A DNA stretch of 49,269 nt from a virus (taxonomy: Duplodnaviria; Heunggongvirae; Uroviricota; Caudoviricetes): IMG/VR virus record IMGVR_UViG_2778261422_000003; one strand, 5' to 3'. Both the position numbers and the translations under genes were made by a program. Each line of letters begins with the position of its first letter. Position 1 is the stretch's first letter. The notes beneath the pieces are model-generated. The model did no database searches. It saw only the letters and a program-made list of their open reading frames with translations, and was not told where the DNA came from. Below, piece by piece: positions 37,178 to 45,158 of the stretch.

Positions 37178-38134
37178 CTAGTCTAGTCTCTGTGGAAAGA
37201 GCGCAAGATGCAGATCACCATACTTATCAGGATTTGAATTTATATGCATCAGCAAAACATCCAACTGATTTGTTAAATATTTATTCCTTTCTTTTTTCTC
37301 TTTATCTTCAATATCCTTGAGATTTTTCTTTTCTTCTTTTTCAATGGCTTTCCTTTCCTTTTCAGCTTTTTCCCTAATGTTTACATCTGCCAGTTTTTTA
37401 GCTTTATCCGCTCTAAACTTAATTAAATTATCAACAATACTCTTAACATATTGTTTACCAGATAGTATTTTTCTCGCCTCTTCGATAATAGTAATACTGT
37501 AATCAACACACTCATTACCATATTTAAAAGCATACTCAGGGGATAATTCTTTTATAGCTGAGGAACTAGAATTATCAGACAAATATGGTTCACTTAAATG
37601 AGCGAAAGATCCCCTATACGAGGAGAAATTTTCCCATGACGAAAAGTTTTCATCTTCCACATCACAATGAATACCTACAGATTGAAGAACAGAATTTAAA
37701 TGCTTTGTTTTTATTCCGTGATTGGAAGTGATGACACTCTTCCATTTCATGATAGTCCTCATTTCACAATCAACAATAAACTCAACAACATGTTGTTTTA
37801 TATAAGAACTATCATCATCCCTATCATCAGCATCCTCGTTAGTAACAAATCTGTCATCATAACTTTTCGTCCCATTTAATAAAAACATCAATGGTATAGT
37901 AACCTCCCCACATTCTTTGAACAGGAAAAACGAATATTTAGCGACAAAAAGGCTGACATCCTCAACAAAATTTTCAAGAGCTGCATGTAATAGAACACAA
38001 TAACTTCTTGTATCTAATTTAAATTCCTCAACACTACCAGTACCGTTCATGTGTTTTTTAAGAAAGCGATTATACAAGGCATCATTTGCGTCATACAGAG
38101 TGTAATACATATCATCTAATAAGGTAATCTCCAT
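37178..38134 (-). CDS. uncharacterised protein, distal gene of the AT-rich cargo operon; candidate effector partner of the DUF262 protein
   Basis: 318-aa ORF starting 5 nt after the upstream gene's stop (operon-like); very AT-rich codon usage; R-x4-H motif (YRGSFAH); acidic patch (EDADDRDDD); Lys/Glu-rich coiled-coil C-terminus. Confidence 0.75.
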   Translation of the reverse strand: MEITLLDDMYYTLYDANDALYNRFLKKHMNGTGSVEEFKLDTRSYCVLLHAALENFVEDVSLFVAKYSFFLFKECGEVTIPLMFLLNGTKSYDDRFVTNEDADDRDDDSSYIKQHVVEFIVDCEMRTIMKWKSVITSNHGIKTKHLNSVLQSVGIHCDVEDENFSSWENFSSYRGSFAHLSEPYLSDNSSSSAIKELSPEYAFKYGNECVDYSITIIEEARKILSGKQYVKSIVDNLIKFRADKAKKLADVNIREKAEKERKAIEKEEKKNLKDIEDKEKKERNKYLTNQLDVLLMHINSNPDKYGDLHLALFPQRLD

Positions 38135-38138
38135 TTTT

Positions 38139-39326
38139 TTACCTTAAGGTTGATGGGATCTCATTGCTTAATCCCATTGAAGAATTTAATCTTTCATATG
38201 CCAGTCTAAACCTTCTTACATGTTGTTCTTTACCTGTCGTAGTTGACTCAATTGCTACAACAAACTCAGCATTATCAAAAAGAGATTTTATAGAGTTAAT
38301 AAATTCATTTTTTTTCTCTATTAAATCATCTACCTTGTTATTCTGTATTGTACTAGCAATATAGTTAACTAAAACCTCAAAAAATGTACGATTAAATCTT
38401 GATTCCCATCGTTCCTCTATTGGAAGCCATTTTCTACCTACTTTTGTTTCTTCACCATCAAAAAGGTTGACAAGCACCTCACATGATTCATTAAAAAGGT
38501 TGAGATAGTTACATACACCAGCTTCTTTAGATGCGAAATTATCATTCATCAATTTAGTGAAGTTATCTAAATAGACCCTAAGAGAACCATTGTATTTTTC
38601 TGGGTTAAGGTTTAATGCTAGAAACTTCAATAAAATCTCAACATCCCGATATCTTTTATCTGATGACTTAAGTTTCATTATTTTATGCAGATGCAAATCG
38701 TTATCTGTATGCCTTGTAATGAAATTACTAAAATCCCCTTTGTAAATCGAGTTCCTCAACTCCTGCATAGACAATGGTGAAGATCCAGTATTTAGTCTGT
38801 AAAATATATCATATAGGACGCTATAATCCTTAAAACCTGAAAGTATTGTGCAGCGTAGATCAGCATTGAGTAAGAATCTAGCATCGTCTTTAGAAAACTC
38901 TGAGAATTTCAACCCTTCAATCGATTTTTTAATTGTTAGATTTCTTAACTTAGCATTACCATCCCATGTATTAAAACTAGGATCGATGAAACCATTTATA
39001 GCTAATAGTCTCTGTTTTCCATCGATGACCATGTATTTTTTCTTTTCGCCTATAACTTCAGCTAATACTACTTCGGGTACAGGGTACCCCACAAGTAATG
39101 ACTCTATAAGCTTTGATCTTTTATCGTTGTCCCATACATTTCTTCTTTGAAAGTCAGGATTCAAATCAATGTTTCCTTCCTCAATTTGATGAAGAATCGT
39201 CTGAACCGTCCAGTCTCTGGAATAAACAACAAGCTCTCCGACGTCTATATCGTTACCAGCGCTTTCAACTTGTTCTTTATTACTTTCAATAATCAAATCA
39301 TCTAATTCATCAATCATTGTATTCAC
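38139..39326 (-). CDS. DUF262 (ParB/Srx-fold, GmrS-like) domain protein, proximal gene of the AT-rich cargo operon
   Basis: 395-aa ORF; N-terminal region carries the DUF262 signature (PDFQRRNVWDNDKRSKLIESLLVGYPVP ... MVIDGKQRLLAINGF); no DUF1524/HNH-like motif seen in the C-terminal 250 residues. Confidence 0.8.
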   Translation of the reverse strand: MNTMIDELDDLIIESNKEQVESAGNDIDVGELVVYSRDWTVQTILHQIEEGNIDLNPDFQRRNVWDNDKRSKLIESLLVGYPVPEVVLAEVIGEKKKYMVIDGKQRLLAINGFIDPSFNTWDGNAKLRNLTIKKSIEGLKFSEFSKDDARFLLNADLRCTILSGFKDYSVLYDIFYRLNTGSSPLSMQELRNSIYKGDFSNFITRHTDNDLHLHKIMKLKSSDKRYRDVEILLKFLALNLNPEKYNGSLRVYLDNFTKLMNDNFASKEAGVCNYLNLFNESCEVLVNLFDGEETKVGRKWLPIEERWESRFNRTFFEVLVNYIASTIQNNKVDDLIEKKNEFINSIKSLFDNAEFVVAIESTTTGKEQHVRRFRLAYERLNSSMGLSNEIPSTLR

Positions 39327-39715
39327 CTTATTTACTATGTTAAGTAGTAAGAGTCAAGTTGACTCATCTTAAAATCTACCTTCCCTTCCTTGTCTAGCAC
39401 CGGAAGACAAACGTCCCACAGTGTTTTTTTACTGCACTCTCATCTCGAAAGCTATAAGTAGTTCTCTGTGCCATTCTACTGCTGGTTTCAAGGAATATTA
39501 TCTGGTTTCCAATTTTACAATATCTACTCTATTTTTGTATCGACTAATGCTATAAGCAATATAACTGAAGCACACTTTATTATGCTACCCTCCATTTTCG
39601 GCTATGATTCAAACCTACAAACATTGAATTTACTGTTATAAGGAGATTTTTACCACGTCCGCTTCTGGCATAAAGTTGACATACGGATACGAACGAAATA
39701 AGTGCTCTAGAATTC

Positions 39716-40432
39716 TTATTGTTTATATTGGGCAAGATTTTTAATAATACTTTCCCTCTCATTAAGGAGACTTATATACATTGATTCATCGAGTGTATTC
39801 TTGAGCTTGAAACGGGATTTATGTATTGATAATTTAGATACACCATCACTTAATGCTGAAGCAACTAATTTTGTATCTTCTATGTTTTTTAGGTTCGATA
39901 GTAGCGTTAGGATCATATCATTTAGATCAAGTAACTCGCTATTTATGCGCATAGGTGAGAGGTCTTTACTATCTAGTTGAGAGTTAATGGAATCAATCTT
40001 ATTATTAATTCTCTCTATAGACCCAACGATTCCTTTTCTAGCTTCAATACGAAGGATTTCACTCTTGTTTCTAGAGTTTGTCTGGAAAAGCATTTCTGAA
40101 GATAACATTGATGACGCACGATACATATCAGAGGCTAACTGCTTAACACTTTCTCTAAAGCTTGAATAATTTAATATTGCTGAACCAAACAATAAAATAA
40201 TTGGGCCATAAGCAGTTACCTTTGCTTTAATTGAACCTTCAGTAAATTTAATTTCAATTAAAACATCATCAGATAAAAAGAATTTTATTCTTTTATCAGC
40301 AAAATCCTCTATTTCGTTTCTAATTCGCGATAACTTTTCTTTACGAATTACAGCACTTACCTGTTTCAACCATCTCGGCTCAACATGAACATATGACTCA
40401 CATAATATGTTGCTGTTTATATAATCGGCCAC
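39716..40432 (-). CDS. uncharacterised protein in the AT-rich cargo island, separate transcription unit upstream of the DUF262 operon
   Basis: 238-aa ORF, AT-rich, Ser/Leu/Ile/Asn-rich; about 390 bp intergenic gap to the downstream DUF262 gene; no recognisable motif. Confidence 0.6.
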   Translation of the reverse strand: MADYINSNILCESYVHVEPRWLKQVSAVIRKEKLSRIRNEIEDFADKRIKFFLSDDVLIEIKFTEGSIKAKVTAYGPIILLFGSAILNYSSFRESVKQLASDMYRASSMLSSEMLFQTNSRNKSEILRIEARKGIVGSIERINNKIDSINSQLDSKDLSPMRINSELLDLNDMILTLLSNLKNIEDTKLVASALSDGVSKLSIHKSRFKLKNTLDESMYISLLNERESIIKNLAQYKQ

Positions 40433-40682
40433 AATTACATCCTTGATATATTATCTTATCATTAGATTATTACCGAGAGTTTACAAAAAATCAACAAATT
40501 TCAAGATTCCTTTTCCCGATGTCAGTGTAAGCGCTCCCTATTAACATAAAAATGATCTCGAATATGTGATGGAGTATGGATAAATGCTTTCCATTCCTAT
40601 CACAAAGCTGACAACCAGACTAGTTCTGGTCTTGTGCAACAGTACTGTCCATCAATCTCTGAACTAATGCTCTTTAATCTCG

Positions 40683-41108
40683 TCACTTCATTAAATACCT
40701 AACATCTCCCTGATAAAATGACAATATGCGCTGCATAACTTCGCTCTTCCGGCACTCGTGACAGATTATGTTCAGACGCCTGTCATAGCGGCGTATTTCT
40801 CCGTCTGGTAACGACCAGATAAGGTCCGGATCAACCACAGATGTTTTTTTCTTCAGCTTTGCCCTTGAGAGTTTTTTGCGGGCATTTTGCCAGTCCTTAC
40901 GAGCCTGTTCAGACGGGAATAACCCGTAACCAGAGTTGTATACATCGCCACTGGCAACCAGCTCTCTGGCAAGAACGCTCATCAGATATCTTGTCGCACC
41001 TGTCTTGGCTTCCAGTTGCCGTAACGTCTCACGACCGCTCTGGCGCACGAGTTCCACCACCTGCCCTTTAATTTTTTCCCGCTCTTCTTGTGTAAAAACT
41101 TTTGCCAC
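40683..41108 (-). CDS. hypothetical protein downstream of the replication initiator
   Basis: 141-aa basic ORF with normal GC content; occupies the position where lambda carries P, but is too small for a helicase loader or helicase. Confidence 0.5.
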   Translation of the reverse strand: MAKVFTQEEREKIKGQVVELVRQSGRETLRQLEAKTGATRYLMSVLARELVASGDVYNSGYGLFPSEQARKDWQNARKKLSRAKLKKKTSVVDPDLIWSLPDGEIRRYDRRLNIICHECRKSEVMQRILSFYQGDVRYLMK

Positions 41109-41148
41109 AAGTCCCCCTTAAAATTACCTCATGACCTGAAATCAACAC

Positions 41149-42168
41149 TTATCCCCTGAAACCAGGCGGAATTTCGGTATCCGGTTCAGAAATATGATTC
41201 ACACAACGCTTTATTGGCGAACGCCCCAGGCGAATAACCAGCTCATCCCATTTTTCGCGAAGCTTTGACGGACTCATGATGTTTTTGACCCAGAATGGAT
41301 CTCGCTGTACCCGACCAAACATTTCGCAAATTTGTCTGTGGCTTCTGCCATCCAGCATCCGCATTGTGCGCACGTCATTGGCCCAGGCAGTCCAGTTAGG
41401 CTCTTTTGGTCGCATGATCTCGCCATCATCACTGGCGGCCTGTTCGTAGAGACCCACGATCCGCCCCCAGATCCACTGCGCACACGCCAAATCCTCCTGG
41501 CTACCCCACTGCCGTTTTTTCGCACTAAACACAACTGCGTCAGGGTGCCGGATTAAAAAATCCTGTTCAGCCGTCTGCTGGTCCGGTTGCAAAGCTTCCG
41601 GACGAAAAGTGTTTTTATTCTCTGTAGTAATCTCTGTTGTATTCTCTGTAGGATCATCGGGCCATTTTGACCCGATGACATTGGGTCGTTTTGAACCAAT
41701 GGAGCGTTTCATTTTGACCTCTTCCATCATGTCATTTTGACCTGATGGAGCGACGCATTTTGAACTGATGGATTCGCTCAATTTGCCACCATCTAAAAGA
41801 TCGCTCCCGTAGTTGATCGTGTAGAAATTGGTCATGTCGCGCTTTGATTTATTGAGCTTTTCGCAACGCAAAAGCCCCAGCGTTTTCAGACTTGCAAACG
41901 CGCGCTTTAACGTTGACTCTGACCAGAATGGGAACTGCGCCAGCCATTGTTCCGTTGTGTTGTAAATCCAGCGAACACCATCGCATTCCATGCCGGAATT
42001 GGTATCTCTCAACCAGTAATGCAGTTGCTGCAACACAATGGCTTCGTTTAAGCCAATCTTCATCGCAAGCTGTGTGTTTATAACCAGTGGGCGTTCAGCA
42101 AAAAGAAGGCTCATAATTCCATCCAGCTTTTTGTTGGTATTGCTGTCGATACGCAAGCTTGAAAGCAA
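41149..42168 (-). CDS. replication initiator protein (lambda O-like replisome organiser) containing ori iterons
   Basis: 339-aa ORF downstream of the cro/cII-like genes; an iteron array lies inside the coding sequence as in lambda O; true start may be an internal Met (MSLLFAERP...). Confidence 0.7.
   Translation of the reverse strand: MLSSLRIDSNTNKKLDGIMSLLFAERPLVINTQLAMKIGLNEAIVLQQLHYWLRDTNSGMECDGVRWIYNTTEQWLAQFPFWSESTLKRAFASLKTLGLLRCEKLNKSKRDMTNFYTINYGSDLLDGGKLSESISSKCVAPSGQNDMMEEVKMKRSIGSKRPNVIGSKWPDDPTENTTEITTENKNTFRPEALQPDQQTAEQDFLIRHPDAVVFSAKKRQWGSQEDLACAQWIWGRIVGLYEQAASDDGEIMRPKEPNWTAWANDVRTMRMLDGRSHRQICEMFGRVQRDPFWVKNIMSPSKLREKWDELVIRLGRSPIKRCVNHISEPDTEIPPGFRG
41660..41775. repeat. 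origin iterons: about five direct repeats of the cattttgaccYgatgga motif
   Basis: ccattttgacccgatgac, cgttttgaaccaatggag, tcattttgacctcttcca, tcattttgacctgatggag, gcattttgaactgatggat spaced about 23 bp apart inside the initiator gene. Confidence 0.75.
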
Positions 42169-42616
42169 TTGCTTTTTCTATAAGTTCGTCAGTTTCACGA
42201 TCTACAACGGCAGGATCTGCAAAAAGCAGTCCGGACTCCACCACATCGCCATATTCTTTATTTAACCCAGCGATCATGTACGTAATACTCTTTCCGTCAC
42301 TAATTTCACGATACAACCTGAAATCACTAATCCGGATAGCCTCCATAATTGCAGGCACTAGCGCTGTGAACTTTTCACGCTTATCCCTGGTGTCGATAGC
42401 CTTCCAGCGTTCGAATATCTTCACTCGATTAACGCTAAGCGCTCGCTGATCAACCGCGCCACCTTCATATGTGACACGCTGAACATCGATGTTCGGGCGC
42501 TCTTTCAAAGCCCAGAATGCTTCAGTGATTAATATCGTCGCCTGCTCCTGTGTCATTCCTGGTCGACATATCCAGGCATCCAGAGCCTCACGAGCCTGTT
42601 CAGGAGTGATTTTCAT
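42095..42616 (-). CDS. hypothetical regulatory protein in the cII / YdaT position
   Basis: 173-aa ORF immediately downstream of the cro-like dicC and upstream of the replication initiator; function inferred from position only. Confidence 0.45.
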   Translation of the reverse strand: MKITPEQAREALDAWICRPGMTQEQATILITEAFWALKERPNIDVQRVTYEGGAVDQRALSVNRVKIFERWKAIDTRDKREKFTALVPAIMEAIRISDFRLYREISDGKSITYMIAGLNKEYGDVVESGLLFADPAVVDRETDELIEKAIAFKLAYRQQYQQKAGWNYEPSFC

Positions 42617-42830
42617 TGTTCAACCGCCCCGCCCGCTTCGTCTTACGATATTCGTCATAAACTTTGGGATCATACTGAAGCTCCCCGCCAGATGCCTCCT
42701 GTAGACGCATCGCGCGACCTTCGGGAACTAAATCCCCTTTCCAGCTATAAAGCGAAGCCAAACGAATACCTGCTGCTTGTGCAAGTTTTGTTTTTGAACC
42801 GAAATACAAAAGAGCGTCAGTTTTAAGCAT
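42600..42830 (-). CDS. dicC: Cro-like HTH regulator DicC
   Basis: 76-aa ORF MLKTDALLYFGSKTKLAQAAGIRLASLYSWKGDLVPEG... matching recalled DicC; divergent from dicA. Confidence 0.85.
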   Translation of the reverse strand: MLKTDALLYFGSKTKLAQAAGIRLASLYSWKGDLVPEGRAMRLQEASGGELQYDPKVYDEYRKTKRAGRLNNENHS

Positions 42831-42844
42831 TTAAAACACCTTGG

Positions 42845-42864
42845 TTGTTAGTCATGACTAACAA
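42845..42864. promoter_or_regulatory. operator: perfect 20-bp palindrome TTGTTAGTCATGACTAACAA in the dicA-dicC divergent promoter region
   Basis: perfect dyad symmetry read directly from the sequence, centred in the 83-bp gap between the divergent repressor genes. Confidence 0.8.
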
Positions 42865-42913
42865 AATAGATGTTAACAAAAACATAGTCAATACGATTTA
42901 GCATTAGCTAACT

Positions 42914-43321
42914 ATGGATACAAAAAATTTAACCATCGGCGAACGCATTAGGTATCGTCGGAAAAACCTCAAACACACCCAAAGGTCTCTTGCTAAAGCC
43001 CTGAAAATCTCCCATGTGTCTGTATCACAATGGGAACGGGATGATAGTGAACCTACAGGGAAGAACCTTTTTGCCCTCAGCAAAGTATTGCAATGCTCAC
43101 CAACATGGATTCTATTTGGCGATGAAGACAAGCAACCAACACCACCTGTTGAGAAGCCGGTTGCCTTAGCCCCCAAAGAACTAGAGCTCCTTGAGCTGTT
43201 TAATGCACTGCCAGAATCAGAACAGGATACCCAGCTCGCCGAAATGCGAGCTCGAGTAAAAAATTTCAATAAACTCTTTGAAGAATTACTAAAAGCCCGT
43301 CAGCGGACAAATAAAAGATAA
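42914..43321 (+). CDS. dicA: CI-like HTH repressor DicA
   Basis: 135-aa ORF with HTH_XRE motif (RIRYRRKNLKHTQRSLAKALKISHVSVSQWER); matches recalled DicA. Confidence 0.9.
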   Translation: MDTKNLTIGERIRYRRKNLKHTQRSLAKALKISHVSVSQWERDDSEPTGKNLFALSKVLQCSPTWILFGDEDKQPTPPVEKPVALAPKELELLELFNALPESEQDTQLAEMRARVKNFNKLFEELLKARQRTNKR

Positions 43322-43346
43322 CATCATCAATGAGTTATCTTTTATT

Positions 43347-43407
43347 ATATCAATTATGTTAGTCATAACATACAAAATCACTTGACCAATATGTTAGTCA
43401 TGGCTAA
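43347..43407. promoter_or_regulatory. two further operator-like half-palindromes (atgttagtcataacat; atgttagtcatggctaa) upstream of ydfA, probable DicA-controlled promoter of the ydfA-dicF-dicB operon
   Basis: repeats of the TGTTAGTCAT half-site seen in the dicA-dicC operator. Confidence 0.65.
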
Positions 43408-43487
43408 TCTTGTTTACATCAACACACCGCACGGTGTTCTCAGCAAACAGTTCCGCCACCCCGGCGTTAAGGGGAAATGAGGTCAGC

Positions 43488-43640
43488 ATGGATACTATCG
43501 ATCTTGGCAACAGCGAATCTCTGGTATGTGGCGTGTTCCCCAACCAGGACGGTACGTTCACCGCGATGACATATACCAAAAGCAAAACGTTTAAAACCGA
43601 ATCTGGCGCGCGTTGCTGGTTAGCCAGAAACACTGACTGA
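43488..43640 (+). CDS. ydfA: small prophage protein YdfA
   Basis: ORF 43410..43640; ATG at 43488 after a gggg-aaatgagg RBS; product MDTIDLGNSESLVCGVFPNQDGTFTAMTYTKSKTFKTE... (about 50 aa) matches recalled YdfA. Confidence 0.7.
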   Translation: MDTIDLGNSESLVCGVFPNQDGTFTAMTYTKSKTFKTESGARCWLARNTD

Positions 43641-43651
43641 TGAGGCTGACG

Positions 43652-44017
43652 ATGGAATTTAAAGATTTACCGTCTGATGTACAGAAAACAGCAGCTCATA
43701 CATTGCATTCTGTGCTGCGAGAAATCGGGAAAGATATTGCAAGCGAGCCAGCAAAAGATCTGGCCCGGAAAATCAAGACCGCTTTCGTTGAGCTTTATAA
43801 TGTTGGCACTGACTCTGAAACTGTCGAGACCAAGACCGTAAGTTCACCAATATTCTCACTTGAGCCAGGCGTATTATCAGGTGAAATATGCACCGAGATT
43901 TCCAGCGAACTGCTTCCGGTAATACGAGAAGCAATTTGCCGTCGCGGTTTGGATGGAAGTTACGATCATGACGTCCTGCAAGTTCTCAGGACAATGGTGA
44001 CTTCACTGGGGGTTTGA
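43652..44017 (+). CDS. hypothetical protein (ydfB/ydfC region)
   Basis: ORF 43640..44017 (125 aa) following ydfA on the same strand; correspondence to ydfB/ydfC not verified. Confidence 0.5.
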   Translation: MEFKDLPSDVQKTAAHTLHSVLREIGKDIASEPAKDLARKIKTAFVELYNVGTDSETVETKTVSSPIFSLEPGVLSGEICTEISSELLPVIREAICRRGLDGSYDHDVLQVLRTMVTSLGV

Positions 44018-44186
44018 TCCCTGCGTCCTCTAACCTTTTGATATAGCGGTCCTCCAAGAAGCGGTAAATTTTGTCGAAATCATCTTTCCCCTCTGGTTTA
44101 TTCAGAGGATTACAGGACCCGTAAGTAGCGGCATACATTTCAACCGTTTTATCAAAAATATAAGAGACAAATTCTTCTTTAGTCAT
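43986..44186 (-). CDS. hypothetical small protein on the opposite strand
   Basis: ORF 43986..44273; internal start MTKEEFVSYIFDKTVEMYAATYG...; lower GC than flanks; coding status uncertain. Confidence 0.3.
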   Translation of the reverse strand: MTKEEFVSYIFDKTVEMYAATYGSCNPLNKPEGKDDFDKIYRFLEDRYIKRLEDAGIKPPVKSPLS

Positions 44187-44461
44187 ATAGATTTCCTTCT
44201 TGGTTATTCGGAATAAGAAGGATACCACCTCGCCTGACGTGGTTAAAAGCAGGCACACAACACGAAAGCGCACGGCGAAGTTCGTCTCACTGTACGGTGT
44301 CGTTAAATTTAATTCGACCGTGCGCTTCCGGTTGTGGCAACCCGCGAAATGGCGCGGCGGTAAGTATGGCGGGGTTATTCCTTCCCCGTTGAGGACACCG
44401 AGTTGTCAGGTTGACCATACGCTTAAGTGACAACCCCGCTGCAACGCCCTCTGTTATCAAT

Positions 44462-44518
44462 TTTCTGGTGACGTTTGGCGGTATCAGTTTTACTCCGTGA
44501 CTGCTCTGCCGCCGTTTT
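44462..44518 (+). ncRNA. dicF: DicF small regulatory RNA (ftsZ-targeting sRNA) with intrinsic terminator
   Basis: sequence tttctggtgacgtttggcggtatcagttttactccgtgactgctctgccgcc followed by a T run matches recalled DicF; GGCGG...CCGCC stem. Confidence 0.8.
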
Positions 44519-44688
44519 TAAAGTGAATTTTGTGATGCGGTGAATGCGGCTAAGCGCACGCGGAACAGTTAAAACCAAAAACAGTGTTATGGGTGGATTC
44601 TCTGTATCCGGTGTTAATTGTTAACTGGTTAACGTCACCTGGAGGCACCAGGCACTGCATCACAAAATTCATTGTTGAGGACGCGATA

Positions 44689-44877
44689 ATGAAAACGTTA
44701 TTACCAAACGTTAATACGTCTGAAGGTTGTTTTGAAATTGGTGTCACTATCAGTAACCCTGTATTTACTGAAGATGCCATTAACAAGAGAAAACAAGAAC
44801 GGGAGCTATTAAATAAAATATGCATTGTTTCAATGCTGGCTCGTTTACGTCTGATGCCAAAAGGATGTGCACAATGA
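44689..44877 (+). CDS. dicB: cell-division inhibitor DicB
   Basis: ORF 44584..44877; ATG at 44689 gives 62 aa MKTLLPNVNTSEGCFEIGVTISNPVFTEDAINKRKQERELLNKICIVSMLARLRLMPKGCAQ matching recalled DicB. Confidence 0.85.
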   Translation: MKTLLPNVNTSEGCFEIGVTISNPVFTEDAINKRKQERELLNKICIVSMLARLRLMPKGCAQ

Positions 44878-45065
44878 ATTCAGCATTTGCGCTTGTTCTG
44901 ACAGTTTTTCTTGTTTCCGGAGAGCCAGTTGATATTGCAGTCAGTGTTCACAGGACAATGCAGGAGTGTATGACTGCAGCAACCGAACAGAAAATTCCCG
45001 GTAACTGTTACCCGGTCGATAAAGTTATTCACCAGGATAATATCGAAATCCCGGCAGGTCTTTAA
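44874..45065 (+). CDS. ydfD: small membrane protein YdfD (lysis-associated)
   Basis: ORF 44820..45065; ATG at 44874 overlapping dicB stop (ATGA); 63 aa MNSAFALVLTVFLVSGEPVDIAVSVHRTMQEC... with one TM helix. Confidence 0.75.
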   Translation: MNSAFALVLTVFLVSGEPVDIAVSVHRTMQECMTAATEQKIPGNCYPVDKVIHQDNIEIPAGL

Positions 45066-45158
45066 AACAGTTCCGTAATAAATATCCGGTTTCATTCTTA
45101 TATGCCAGCAATGGCAGGGATTTGTTCATCCTTAAATCTGTCATGAGGTTAAAACAAA

